Below, piece by piece: positions 50,421 to 64,000 of a DNA stretch of 64,000 nt. Position numbers and translations under genes: made by a program. The notes beneath the pieces are model-generated. The model was not told the DNA's origin and searched no databases. It saw nothing but the letters and a program-made list of their open reading frames with translations. Numbering within the stretch: position 1 is the stretch's first letter; each line of letters opens with the position of its first letter. The DNA is from Nageia nagi. Lineage: Eukaryota > Plantae > Pinophyta. The DNA lies in assembly GCA_050084985.1 (NCBI GenBank), contig JBITNC010000001.1:159960001-160024000 (forward strand). Direction: 5' to 3'.

Positions 50421-50621
50421 TCTTCCGTAAATTAGACTCAAATAGGGCTCTAAATACAACTTCTCTACTGAAAAGACACAGGCAACTTCATCCCACACGG
50501 ACAGGGGATATGCGAACAAAACCCGTGCAAGGCATAATAGTAGTAATTTATGTAATCTTAGATAATCGATCGCAAATGTTGTAATAATATTATTATAGCT
50601 GATCCTGATTCATGGAATGCC

Positions 50622-50690
50622 TTCCTTATACCCTGCAATTAGATAAGCCACGTGTAAGGACTTCCAGCCAACGGCGACACGACACGTAGA
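50622..50690 (-). promoter_or_regulatory. SS3 proximal promoter: TATA, GATAAG (I-box-like) and ABRE/G-box
   Basis: Minus-strand TATAAGG at ~50630; ACACGTGGC at 50647-50655; GATAAG at 50642; second ACGTGTC at 50681-50687. Confidence 0.55.
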
Positions 50691-51699
50691 AATTCAGGGA
50701 TGACGAGGAAGCAGATTCGAGCTTAAATTTAATTTGATGTATTTAGGCGAGTTTTGCGTTCATTGGGGCCGAATGGGATTCGAACGCGTGACGCAGTACA
50801 ATACCCCAGGTCGAGTCGATAGGGGTGACGGGCTTGTTAAAATAATTGGGGCAGCGGGAAGCAGATGTATACAGAAATGCCATCGACGGTTGGTCGGAGG
50901 CCGAGGTCAGGAAAGCTACGAGTGTTTTAAACGTGGACTCGTGGGTGGTTTGTATTGGTTTTTCCCATTTTTGTATTTTCTGGGGGTGAGAGCGCGATTT
51001 TGCGATTCGCTGCGTTCCCATGTTTGCACGTGACGGGGACTTCATATCGTGATTGTTCATTGAATATTCCATCCAAATTGGAAAACGATTTGAATTGGGT
51101 GTGTAGTGAGTGGGGTACAGTCAGCTTTAGGGTTAAATACTATGAGATAAAGATGAGAAGAGATTTTGATTACCTACACCACCATTATGGTGACGCAAAA
51201 CTATACTACTCGATGCATACTCTTGTTCATCGTTATCTTTATAGTATCATGAAGATTTGATGCTGATAACTGAATCTTCATTATGGTGACATAAAACTAT
51301 ACTACTCGATGTATACATACGCTTGTTCATCGTTACATCAATGGTGACTTTTGTAGTAAGCTCGAGAAACTACTTGTGAAGTTAATATAAGATATACTAC
51401 TTGATTGGTGAAGAAATTATCTTTTCTTAATTATTCATAAGAGTTTATGATAATCTTATCATATGCTTGGAGTGATGATTAGTAATTGAAGTTTTTATTG
51501 AAGGTATGATATGCATTAAATCAAGTCAAGAGGTGGATAATTATTAGAGGTTCCAAAGGCATATTAAAAGATCAAGGATGAATATATTCTTATTTTCTTG
51601 GATGATTATGTACGGATCATATTGTAGAAGTTGGATATTTTCATGATAATCCTTGTATCACTTCTTTTCAATTCGAAACCTTACTTTATTACCAACTTA

Positions 51700-52081
51700 A
51701 AATGTATGAGTATTATCGTAAGAATCAAAATGATATTTCTATTTGTGTTATTCATAAGAGAGAGTCTAATGAATACAATGTCACTTTGCTTCTATGTCCG
51801 TTATCAACATCTAACAATATTAAATTAATAAAAAAAAAAACTATGTCGACATTGGTACATGTTTTAAATATTTATCTCATATATATATATATATATATAC
51901 TTAAAAAGTATGAGCATTCTCATAAGAATCAAAATGATATTTCTATTTATGTTATTCATGAGAGATAGTCTAATGAATACAATGTCACTTTGTTTATATG
52001 TCCGTTATCAACATCTGACAATATTAAATTAAATAAAAAAAAACTATGTCGACATTGGTACATGTTTTAAATATTTATCTC

Positions 52082-52110
<29 letters not shown>
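51700..52110. repeat. ~205-bp tandem duplication ending in (TA)n
   Basis: GTATGAG..TAAGAATCAAAATGATATTTCTATTT...ACATTGGTACATGTTTTAAATATTTATCTC occurs twice. Confidence 0.85.
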
Positions 52111-52129
<19 letters not shown>

Positions 52130-52159
52130 GAGATAAATATTTAAAACATGTACCAATGT
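52052..52159. repeat. Perfect 108-bp palindrome centred on (TA)n
   Basis: ACATTGGTACATGTTTTAAATATTTATCTCGTACA-(TA)n-TGTACGAGATAAATATTTAAAACATGTACCAATGT. Confidence 0.92.
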
Positions 52160-52172
52160 TTTTATATTTTAA

Positions 52173-52222
<50 letters not shown>

Positions 52223-53789
52223 CTTTCAAATACAAACTATTCGGCTTCCTCTCGTATATGGAATTTAACAATTCCGCTTCCTCTCCTCCTTTCTAGCATT
52301 TCAACCTATAATATATCAATTCGCTTTGTGCATTGAAATTGTATCAATTTCTCTTCTTGGACTGGGACTATAATAATTTTGCAGACTATTCACTAAGACT
52401 CGATTCTTTTTGGTATGTAATAAATTTGTATTCGTTTCTACAATTTGTATTTGTATTCATTGTATTCTTTGAACTGTAACATATAGATTACCACTGGACA
52501 TTCCTTGTAATACCAATTTATTAAATTATATAAACACACCATTGTAATACCAGTTTATCAAAAAATAATGTTATTCCCCCTATTCACATCGACCTTCCAT
52601 GGTTGCATTGTAGATTCATATCTATTTATGTAGATTTGCTCCCTAGATTTCTTCTTGGCCTTACATGGTTGCATTGATTAAATTGTTGTAGAATCACTCC
52701 AAAATGATGGTTTAAAATGTGATTGAAGCGTTACATTTAAATTTATTAAACTGTGATTGAAGTGTTACCTTTAAATTTATACTTATTTTTTATGGTTTAA
52801 ACTTAAATTTATTATTATTGAATCATATATATTTATAAATATCTATGTAAAATATTTAAATAGAATTATCATGTTGCTTTATTTGCATTAGCTATGACTT
52901 CTTTCTCTTTGTTTTACATTCCTGAATGCCTAGACTACATTGTAAATATCTATGTATTAATAGAATTTAGCAATCTATTTTGACTATCTGTAATTATTTA
53001 TTTAGGTTTGGAGTCCTAACATAATTATTTACTAAAGTGTCTAAGCCCTTCCATACTATAGTTCATCCTATTTGATTTTTTTTCAATTCAATGTGTGTTG
53101 CTAGTCCATCCACGTTAGCTTCAATGCTCCATCTTTTTTTTAGTGAAATAAAAAAGACTATGTTTTTTCAATGTATAAATTTAAAATGAAAATATTTTAA
53201 TATTCTATATATAGAAATTTAAAACATTATTTTTCATATTTCTTTTTAAAACATTCAAATAAAGCAGATAATTATCATAATAGAAAAAGCAATCTAATAG
53301 AGGATAGTTATGATACTAGTAGACATTATTACACACAATTCCATGAATGTAAAGGAGTATAGATGTTATATGTATAACAATATTATTAACATCTTTATTG
53401 ATTATGTATAACAATATTAATAATTTCATTTTTCAATTTAAATTATCTAATCTATTTAATTAATTTTTACCTTTTTTACATAATTAAACTGTTACTTTTA
53501 TATATTTCAAACATTACAATATTAATGATTTCATTTTAATTACATTAGAAAGATAATATAAGATTTAGAGAATAAATACTTAAAATATTTAGATTATAGG
53601 TTAAAATATTTACATTATAATAATTTTATTGCATATATATATGTTATATATCTAAATATATTGTCAATTTTTATTTGTAATATTTCTTATAGATTTTAAA
53701 TATTAAGGTAATATTTAAAATTATTTAATTTTTCATATTAAATTAATATTCAATTATTTATAGTCTTGCAGGTGAAATTATAATTTAAA

Positions 53790-56256
53790 ATGAATCCAAC
53801 CGAAGAAGAAAGAAAACAATGAAGAGCAAAATACCAAAGAGAATATCGAAGACAACAAAGAGCTTGAATGACAAATAGTGATAAAGAAAGAGAAAGAGAG
53901 AGGAAAAGAGCAAATTGTCTTAAACATGGGGAAGAAACATCAATTAATCAACTTCAACAAGAAAGACAAATTAATGTTGAATGCTAGAGAACAAGATGTG
54001 CTCAAATGTCGCAAGATGAATTAGATGAAGTAAGATGACATGATGCTCAAAGTCATCAACAATATCATGCCCAAATGTCACAAGAGCAAAGATAAGAACA
54101 AAACCAAGAATGAATACAATGAGAAAGGAGAAACCAATAATAAATGGAACCTACAAAAATAGAGGATAATAAGAGAAGACATGCATATCAACGACGAGTT
54201 CAACGTGTTAACCAATCCCATGAAGAGTCTTCCTTCATTGAAAGAAATGTTGAAAACATCATTGTTGTGCAATAAATGCAAAATGAATTGATGGAAATAG
54301 GGGAAGCATCAATGTCATATCCTCTAAGAGATGAAAATATGCAACATTATCAAATGAATAGGCATCAAATGAATGGTAATAAGGCTTCTTAAAATGCAAA
54401 TACAAATGGTGGGATAAATTTGAAGATAATGCAAACTATATTTTGAAGTCAATTGGAAGACCTTGCATCACCATCAATGTGCTTCATTTGTTAAGAATGT
54501 TATCCAAGAATAAAGGTATGATTAACTTCTTTAGGACCCACATGTAATAGATGCAGACAAGAGAAAGAGCTTCCTCATCGATTATACTCATGTAAAATAT
54601 ATAGATGCAGACAAGAGAAAGAGCTTTCAAGAAGATATAAAACATGTGTAAAATATATACTCATTGACAAAATGAGCTTCATAGGGTAGAAAATGTTGGA
54701 ACAAATAGATTATCACCTTTAAGAAGGTTTTCTAGAAAAAATAAATATATGTTTTGGAGGTAGGTCAATCATTTTAGTAGGTGATTTAGGATAGTTATTG
54801 CTTGTTATGGATAGACCACCATATGCCACTTGTTGGAATGTATAATGCATTATTGTAGAGGTTATGTAATAATATTTTAATTAAGTTCACTAAGTAAATT
54901 CACTAATACTTAAGGGTATCATTTGATACCTTAAGTATTTAAGTGAATATGATAATGTAACTTGTCGTACACTCCATGTCATGAGCATGCCCCTTGGGTA
55001 AAAGGATGTGCATGTCATGCTTTTGTACATTGGATAAAAGGGTGATCCAAAGAGGGATTTTGGCCTATAAATCGAAGGCTTCCTCTTTGTGATCAAACAC
55101 CAATTTGTGGAGTAAAGTTATTCTATAGGATATTGTCTAGGAGGAAAGTTTAGGAGGATTGTAAGAGTTCATGTTGGTGAATGAAGTGAGATCTAGTTAG
55201 TGGATTGTACTCCTAATTGGAGGAACCACTTACATCTTGTCTTATGTTGTGAGATTGCTTTATGGGTTATTTATATGTGTTTATGAGCTTTCAAGAGATC
55301 TTGGTTGTTTAGGAATTATATTGTTAGTGTTAGTTCCTTCACCATTGACAAACATGCAAAATTATTATGGCAAAAGTTCATAATAGTTATAACATTTGAT
55401 AGGGCGTTTCAACAAGAAGGAGAGAGTGAAGATCAAAAAAGGTTTCATAAACTTATAATAAATCTAAGAGATTCAAATCCAATTGAAGATGATTGGAAAT
55501 TATTGATGAAAAGAACAAATTCAAATCTAGATCCAGCTATAAGAGATGAATTTGATCAAAATATTCATCTATTTGCAACTAATGAAAATGTGCATAATCA
55601 TAACAGGTATGGATTTATTTTTAATACATCTAATATTTTGAATATTGAAGTACTTGCCAAATTTTAATATAACATTAATTTATTTCTAACTAATGAAATG
55701 TGTTTGATCATAACATGTTACAATTACTCAAGTTAAATTTTCCTATAGCACATAGTATTGCAGCAAAATCAAGGAGCATGAAACAAGGAGGGGGTGATAG
55801 TGAAGAACTTGAAATTGAGTTATTAATTGTAAAGAATGTAAGAGTTATGCTAACATCCAACTTGTGGATAGAAGCTGAACTTGTTAACGGTGGATTGGGA
55901 TATGTTAGAAAAATTATCTAAAACCCATGGAATTATCCACCTAATCTACCAACATATGTTATGGTAGAATTTTATCATTTTATAAGATGTTCACTTGAAG
56001 TAAAGTTATTCTAGTTATACTAATAGAAAGGGGTCTAACACATAAACTTCTTATACGATTATCTTGGGGATTGATAATACATAAATCACAAGGCTTGACA
56101 CTTAATAAAGCAATAATAGATATTGGAAAAAGGAAAAGACAAGGTCTAACAGTTGTTGCTATCTCTCGTTTCAAAGCATTGAATGGACTTAGAATTTTAG
56201 TACCATTTCCAAATGATCATCATGCGAAATTGAAATCAAGAAAAGGAGTTGCATAA
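53790..56256 (+). pseudogene. Decayed Helitron Rep/helicase gene (PIF1-like helicase; Rep nuclease domain deleted)
   Basis: Charged N-terminus; CxxC..CNRC cluster; YILIDKMSF; FGGRSIILVGDLG; RVMLTSNLW...LVNG; IHKSQGLTL..VAISR. Confidence 0.85.
54831..55341 (+). mobile_element. Solo LTR inserted in the Helitron helicase
   Basis: TG..CA termini; TSD CCACT/CCATT; homologous to the LTR at 58490-58990. Confidence 0.9.
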
Positions 56257-56575
56257 AGAAATGTTGAAGAAGAGTGACTCAAGTCTTTGGAATAGCTAAT
56301 ATTTAATATTACTTTGATTATTTTTTTCTTTTGTATGAATCTTACTCAATATTATTATAAATGACTCCTTATGTATGAGTCATATTCATTTGTTAAAACT
56401 TGGTTTTAAAATAATTTTGGTAATGTATCTTTAAAAAATTATGCAAAATTGTTGGTTGAATATAGTAGAATATTGCGAATATTGGTAATGGATTGCAATG
56501 ATAATTTATTTTTTGATGAATTTTAATGTATCTCTTAATATTACAAGGTAATAATCACGTAATGTCAGATGCCAT

Positions 56576-56731
56576 TAGCTTTGATATAATCCCTTATATT
56601 TCAAAAAAGCCAAGAGATATCATTCTTGAGTTGCTTATCTCAGTTATTAGTATTGCTATATCCAAGATAGGCACCTCGGGAATGATATCTCTTGATATTT
56701 TTTGATATATAAGGCGTTATATCAAAGCTAG
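56576..56731. repeat. ~155-bp fold-back element ending in CTAG|T (MITE or Helitron 3' terminus)
   Basis: ~65-bp arms: TAGCTTTGATATAA..CAAGAGATATCATTC..TATCT and AGATA..GAATGATATCTCTTG..TTATATCAAAGCTA. Confidence 0.75.
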
Positions 56732-56825
56732 TAATATATAATATGAGTTTTATTTCCCTATTTAGTTCTCTTAGCTCTTAAATAATGTGAGAAGTGAGTA
56801 ATTCTTGAAAAGTGATATTAAAGGG

Positions 56826-58489
56826 TGTTGTTGGTTACAACCGAAAATATATTTAGAAAGGATTATATCCATTAAAAATATGTAAAATTCTATTATAGTT
56901 ATGTTGGATGTATGGAATATTATCATTTCAAATTCATGTGTATGTAATGTTATATATTCATAGGATATGAATAAGATTTTGATTTATATATTTTATTTAG
57001 ACATCGATCTGGGGATGAAATATTATGAATCAAACAATACGAGTGTCCATTAGTCCCCCAAAAATGTTTGAATAATACATTATATTATTATCATGTTAAA
57101 TAGTTGGCAGGTATGGTTGGTAGTTGTTTAGTTATACAAGATATAATTTTCTCAAACTAACGTAACCACCATTTCATTCTTGTACTTATTCATGCTATGG
57201 TGATGCAATAAGAATTGTAATTTTCATCTTATCTTTTATGGTATTAGAGCAAACCATAGGAAATTCATCCTAGCTACCAATAAACTTGTAATAATTTTTT
57301 AAAAACTTTTGTGCAAGATCTTGAATTCTTATGAGTGAAACAATGTTTGAGAAAGTATGCTTAGTGCATACCAACCATGATATGCACAGATATGAAGACT
57401 TTGGCTGCAAGAAAATGTAGAAAAATAATGGTGATATCTATGGAGGAAGTTATGTGATTATTTGCACATCATTGAAGATGCCTAATACCATTGGAGACTT
57501 ACATAATGCATAAAAGCTCTACATATTTGGATCTTATGTTAATAATTTTATTATGAACATCTAGACATGGTGAAAAAATAACTTTCAAGGACAAGAGCAA
57601 AGTGCACCCAACACACTAGTAAATTAGGTGACTTGATTATTTTTCATACATAGTATCAGCAAAAAAAGTATTTCATAATTGCATGTTGGTGAAACTTGTG
57701 CATGATGAGTTTGTAAAATATATGAAATTGAATTCTAGTATGCATTATCATCTATTGTTTACTCAAAGACTATGCTTTGGCTATAGAATTTATGTATGTA
57801 TTATGGAATAAAATGACTTGCACAAAAGTTGAGTTAGAGAACAATGTGTAGAGGATATCCATTTATATGAAGGAGTGTTTGCTTGTTGAAGACATTGTAC
57901 CTCAAACCTCGAGTTTTTATCATGTGCTTATTCTTTAATATTAAAGAGTTAAAGGAATTAATAGTTCTTATTCTATATTGTGCAAGATTGAATTCTATAA
58001 GTGCCCAAGACTATTGTGATTGTGAATAGAGGTGTTACTTTGGAGATATAAGTGATTTTGATGAACCTAGAGGATATAGTTATGAATTCTATTTTGTTCT
58101 TTTCAAATTGATCAATAAGATCATACCTTTATTATTCGATCATTTGGTTACATAAAGCTAGCTTGACTATTTTATTTTTGAAGCATGTTGTCATCATTGT
58201 ATGATTAAGAGAAAGCTTGAAACTAACTATGAGGCTGACATTGAAGATAATTGTTCTCATCATACAAGATGATATTTGCAAGCAATTTTATGAAACTTTT
58301 ATTACTTGAAAATAAAGTTTTGAATAAAGTATTTTTTTTATAAGTGGTCATGATTAAAAAAGTATCATTTATCTCGATTTGGGTTCCATTTCATAGTTTT
58401 TGACTTGGATTCCATAAAATTTTGTAGTAGGATCTATGTAAAATGGAAACTCCTCGATATTTATGTAAAAAATAGAACTATCTACTCCT
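56826..58489 (+). mobile_element. Old LTR-element remnant (LTR ~56826-57236, PBS 57239-57250)
   Basis: TGTTG start; TGGTATTAGAGC PBS-like site; heavily decayed downstream sequence. Confidence 0.4.
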
Positions 58490-61400
58490 TGTTGGAATGT
58501 ATAATGCATTATTGTAAATGTTGTGTAATAATCTTCTATGTAAATTCACTAATACTTAAGGGTATCATTTGATACCTTAAGTATTTAAGTGAATATGATA
58601 ATGTAACTTGTCCTACACTCCATGGCATGAGTATGCCCCTTGGGTAAAAGGATGTGCATGTCATGCTTTTATACATTGGATAAAAGGTTGATCCAAAGAG
58701 GCATTTTGGCCTATAAGTAGAAGGCTCACTCTTTGTGATCACACACCAATTTTTGTGGAGTAAAGTTATGATATAGGATAGTGGTTAGGAGAAAAGAGTA
58801 GGAGGATTGTAGGAGTCCATATTTGTTAAGAAGAGAGATATAGTTAGTGGATGTACTCCTAGTTGGAGGAACCACTTACATCTTGTATTATCTTTGTAAG
58901 ATTGCTTTGTGTGATAGTTAGATGTGAATTGAGAGCTTTCATGTGATCTTGGTAGTTTAGGATTGTTCATGTTATAGTTCAATTCTCTCATTTGGTATTA
59001 GAGCAAGTGTGGAAGCTCTTCTTCTTGGTGTGGAAGCTACATCTTGGTGATCCTTTTTCCTTCTTCATTCCTTATATTACACCCCATTTATGAGCTAAAA
59101 GTAAGAGAAGGTATAAATTTCCTCCTCCATTGGTTATCTTATGGATTATGGCATTAGATACTAAAATATTTTGTGAGATATGTGAGCTTAGTTTTTTGCA
59201 AAATATGATCAAAATGGCAATACAAGCAATTTTTTTTTCTATTTACACTAACCTCTTATGTTAGTAGCATTTTTTTCCAAAATGTTTAATACATGATATA
59301 CCTTTTAAGAGGATAGTATATAATGCAATTATTTTTACTAACCTTTTGTTTGTTAGTAGCATGGGTTAATTAATTTTTTTGCTTAAACCTTTGATAATAA
59401 TCCCTAGTTAAAGGGGTTAATATACAATGTTTATGTAATACCAAAAGTAATACTACAAATGTTGTTACCAATTCTTTTATCTAATTAAATATAAAAATTT
59501 GTATTGTATATAAACATTGTATTATATATCAATTATTTATTATATTTTTTTTGCAATATAATCAATTTTGTAAATCCATAATGTTGTGTTTAAAATATAA
59601 ACTCTGTTATTGAAATATGAGAAAGGAAACAACCTTTAAAATAAAAAAATAAAAATATAGTATACATTTTTTCCCTTTCATTAATCCTTCGAAAGTTTTT
59701 TCTTCCTTCTTTTAGGTAGCTATTTTTTGGGGCCCTCTTTTTTTTCTCAAGGGTTGGTTGACGAAGTTAGGAGAGGCTGAGCTGGCTACTGCTAAGTCAC
59801 CCTCATGTCTGTTAGGACTCCTCCCTCCATGCTATTGACTACCGTCTTGCTAGCAACTCCTGCTGTCTCCCTTGTAATTACCAGGACCCCTCTTGCCTCC
59901 CACTTTGTTGCTAACTCTACAGTCCTCCTTACGACCCCTCCTCATCACATTTTTTAACCACTCCTTCCTTGCTATGACCTCTATATTCTGTGACCAATCA
60001 CCTTGCAATGCTAGCTATGCCTTTCCTCCTTTGTGGCTCTATATGGACACTCACAACAGTCATATATGTAGCCTCCTTTTTTAACCCCTCCTACTTGGTA
60101 TTACCTGAGGGATTGGCTGCCATATTCTCTAAGACCCTAGGTGGTAGTGTTGGCTAACTAATCTCAAACTTCTTGCTCACCACCTAGTTTCCTCCTCCTC
60201 TCTATAGTTGCTTGCTCTATTGCTTGCATTTTTTAGAGTCATTCAATCTCATCACTTACCCACCAAAATGATGCTCGAGGAGATTGGCAGAAGGGTAAAG
60301 TGCAAAAGTATTAGAAAGGTAAAAAAGACCCATGGTAGTACTTGCGAGGTGCTCTTTATGCATCCCTCATCATGGTACCATTGCTCTCCTTAATGCACCC
60401 CTTCCTAGTGCTCGAACGATGCTATCTAATACTCTTACCCCACCTTACCCTTATCGTCTCATCCTTTCTTAGCCCTCTAAAAACTAGCTCGTGGCCCTTG
60501 CTTTCCCTCATGACCTTCAAAGTGATTTTTTTTCCTTTATCCTATTATTTTACTCCCTTCACGTAGCAACCATTGGAATAGAGGAGGCTCTTCCCCCTTT
60601 AGAGCCTCTCTCAATGCCTCTCTTGATCCCATCCATTGCAAGCTACACCTTGCAAGTTATAGTCTTGGCATTGCCTCTGTCATGCGTAGTCACCACCTTT
60701 TCTTTACCTCTTGCTCATTTTTTATTTTTTTCCTTTTTTTATCAAAAACTTGAGCAGTCCTTTTTTTTCTCCAAGTGGAAGATAAGCATTTATTTTCTTT
60801 GCTATTACAAGCAACCCCTTCCTTTTATCTTGACATGTAAGTAATAAGAGAGAATTAAATGCATTTAAGTAAAGTCAACATATACCTTTTTGGAGGGCAT
60901 TTAATTTTGTTTTTTGCTTGATTTGCAAGTCATTTCCTTCTATTAAATGCTCTTATTTTAAAACCACATTCATGATTACATTACCTTAGAGTAAGTAGAT
61001 ACATCATTACTCTTAAATGCTATCCTATTTTTTTTTTATAAATGTAATAAATAAAGATAATTTTTTGGGGTATAATTTTATTTATCTTAATAAATTATCT
61101 TCTAAGTATGGTAATTTATTTAGGCAAAATGATAATTATTTACCTAAGTATCTTTTGATAATTTTATGTTGCCTAAAATTTTATAAGGAGATGAATTTTT
61201 TTTTCCATGCTATTTGTTAAGTAAAAGGAAATTTTTTTTACTTAAAAATATTATACTTAGAAGATTTTTTAGCATGCAATTTTTTTCCTTAGTTATATTT
61301 CTAAGGTAAAACTAGTATACTATCTTTAAGGGATAGATTTTTTAAGTAAAAGAGGGGGAGTTTGTATAAACTTTACTTAAAATATTTATCTAGATATTAC

Positions 61401-64000
61401 ATGCTTGTTACTTAAATATTTTTAAGTTAATGGTACATGCTTAGTACTTAACTTTTAAAATGATGCATGTTTAAGATTAGTACTTATTGCTTATTACTTA
61501 TGCAAATTAATAGGGATAATACTTGCTTAAATTTTTTAAGATGCATGCTTATGTTTATTACTTAATTTCAAAAGCTATGAAATGGTGCATGATAAGTATC
61601 TTTATTCTTATGCAAAGTTATTCAACTTGTGCAAAGTATGAAAATGATGTATTTATCCTTTATGCAAAGTTAAATTATGCAACTTATGGACCTATGTAAA
61701 GATGTCCTCTAGGGGTTAGTAAACAAAACCCATTAGACTCTTAAAGTTCCATGTTATGGATAGATGATGTTTAATTTATGCACTTTACTTCATGTTTAGC
61801 ACTTTTGCTTTATTTACTTATGCAAAAATATAAAAATTGAATTGAGCAACCCCTTAAAATGAACACATCCACATGCAAATTTTGTAACATGACTTATTTG
61901 GAGATCCATGAGATTAGGACAGGCAGACTGGAGCCTTTAAGTTCAACTATCCAAATTGTGAAAAGTTCATACTTCTCAATTGCCCCTAAGTCCTCTGTTG
62001 GTCTGGATATAACTCTAATAGGTGGACAGACATGTGTGTAGTGATACCACATGTTCACACATCCATTTAGGGATTAGCTTGATAACCTAGGAGGACAACT
62101 TGAAACTTAATCAAGATTAATAATTTGATCGATCCAATAAATGTCATAAACTTAAAAAATAGTAGGTACTTCTCCTTGTGAGAGTATAAAACTGGCTAAG
62201 GTGAACTAGTTGAGGATTGGTAGTACTTAGGCTCCTCTTGTGTGGGCATCCAGGTGAAGGCCTAATTTTAGATAAGAAAACAAGTCTCAACAATGTCACT
62301 TTACATCTATGGTTCTTGAGATGAGAAATGTATTTGGGTATATGGGTTATTATTTGAGTTGTAAAATATTTGTACTTGTGAATCAAATCAAGCATGTCTC
62401 TAATGTAACATGTATTATTTACTTGGTTAAAACTTAACATTTAATATTATTTATTAAACCACATTCTTATTATTTTTCACATTTTTATGTAGCAAATGGA
62501 AGAATCCTTTTTACCTAAACACATTCTTGATGGTTCCAACTTTGGGATTTGAGAACCATGGATGAGAGCTAAAATGTAGGCAAGAAAGCTTGGGCAAACA
62601 GTAAATGAAAACCTTGTACCTCCTACAAATGAGAAGGCACTAGAAGCTTACAACACAAAGATGAGTTAACAACCTCCATGATTTACTATGCAGTTTTAGA
62701 TGATGTAATACTAATGATTTCCTCTTCAACCTTGGAAAAGGAAGCTTGGGATAAGCTTAAACAAATCTACCTTGGTTCAAAATTTTTAAGAAGGTTTACA
62801 ATTCTTCAAAAATTACTTCAATCACATCAAGGAGAAGATGAAAATATGGCTATCTACTTGAATAAGATATTTAACCTAAGGACCCAACTTATTGCTTGTG
62901 GGTGCAATTGGATCAATGATGAGTTCAAGGTTTTCATTATTCTTCAAAGCTTTTCTTCAAAGTTTAGAAACTTTATAATGGTTAAGAAAATAAGACTTGA
63001 TGATGAAGAAGAAGTCTTCTCCCTTGAGAACCCTTCTAAGAACCTTTTGAAGCATGAGGAAACCCTTAACAATAAGGTGTTGATTTCTTCTCCTAAAGAT
63101 AATAACATTACTCTTGGAGTAACCAAAAATCCTTTCAAGAAAAAGTTCAACCATAAAAAAAACTCTTATCCTTATTCCTCCAAAAGGTTTGAGAAAATAG
63201 GCAATGGCTATAACAACAGTAGGAGTAATGATAATAACAAACACTTCAAGCAAAGAGATGTAAAAGGTAATGCAAATAATCCATATCTTAAAGAAAATTT
63301 TGATGGTAATTGTAACTATTATGGCATCTAAGGTTACGAAGTTGATTGCTACAAAAAGAAAAGAAGAAAAGAACAAAGGTAATGGAAATTTAAATAACTT
63401 CAAAGGAAAAAAAAATATTCATGTTGGTTTTGCTATGATGCTCTAGTCTATGTCTCACTCTTTTTTGTCTGATTAGATTATTGATTTTGGTTGCACTAAT
63501 CATCTATGCTTTGAAAAGAAAAAGTTTGAGAACTTTCACAAGTATAGAAAAGATGCGATTATGATAGATGATAACTCCACCTTTGAAGTCCAAAGAATTG
63601 GAAGTGTGTTGATTCATGAAAAGGTTCTTGAAAATATTCTTTATGTTCCTAAGTTAAGGATGAACCTTCTCTCCATGATCCAAGTTGCTAGAAAAGGGTA
63701 CTCTTTTGAGTTTAACTCTCAATATTGGTGCATTAAGAAAAGACTTGCCACTTTGATTAAAAGATCTATGAAAGATAACCTCTACATTGTGAATCAAATG
63801 CTATCAAAGATGTGTCTTGCTTCTAGTGTGTGTTCTAAAGGTAATCTTTGGCACCATCGTTTAGGGCACCTTAACCATAAGAGTATTCAAGTCATGAAAG
63901 ACCAAGAACTTATAGAAAGTTTTCTTTCAATTTCTCCTTCAATTGATCTATGTGAGAAGTGTATTCTTGACAAGATGCATAAATAAAAGTTTGAAAAAGA
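58490..64000 (+). mobile_element. Decayed Ty1/copia element with a long 5' leader, running off the window
   Basis: 5' LTR 58490-58990; PBS TGGTATTAGAGC at 58993-59004; gag-pol remnant from 62496. Confidence 0.8.
62496..64000 (+). pseudogene. Copia gag - protease - pre-integrase remnant
   Basis: LDGSNF, KEAWDKLK, IIDFGCTNHLC, NILYVPKLRMNLLS, LWHHRLGHLN, CEKC; multiple stops. Confidence 0.88.

Noticed and set aside
50764-50792. tRNA-like 3' end on the minus strand (GTTCGAATCCCATTCGGCCCCA)
   Set aside because: The T-stem pairs poorly and there is no D-arm/A-box or acceptor-stem partner upstream
50734-51260. Overlapping ~100-aa ORFs upstream of SS3, possible divergent gene
   Set aside because: No domain similarity or splice support; more likely CpG-rich promoter sequence
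52044-52336. YIYIYI-repeat ORFs
   Set aside because: Translations of (TA)n microsatellites

Overview
Plant nuclear DNA, AT-rich and TE-dense. The giant TE-filled introns suggest a gymnosperm-type genome (inference). The only host gene is a starch synthase III (SS3) on the minus strand, with seven exons between 50420 and 27610. The KVGGL motif is split by a 14-kb intron. Exon 8 was not found, so 1-27609 is probably all one intron of more than 27 kb. That intron holds: a very young Ty1/copia element; a long Ogre/Tat-type LTR with an array of inverted motif pairs and an antisense ORF; an internally deleted Ty3/gypsy element; a truncated LINE; and a three-LTR non-autonomous element. It also holds a complete, greater-than-unit-length endogenous caulimovirid (9725-16393, 6537-bp unit). 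The virus has a Florendovirus/Petuvirus-like MP-CP-AP-RT-RH-extra domain layout and is flanked by a 15-bp target-site duplication. An empty copy of its integration site survives 9 kb away in a tandem duplication. Upstream of SS3 are a decayed Helitron, a solo LTR, palindromes and a decayed copia running off the right edge.
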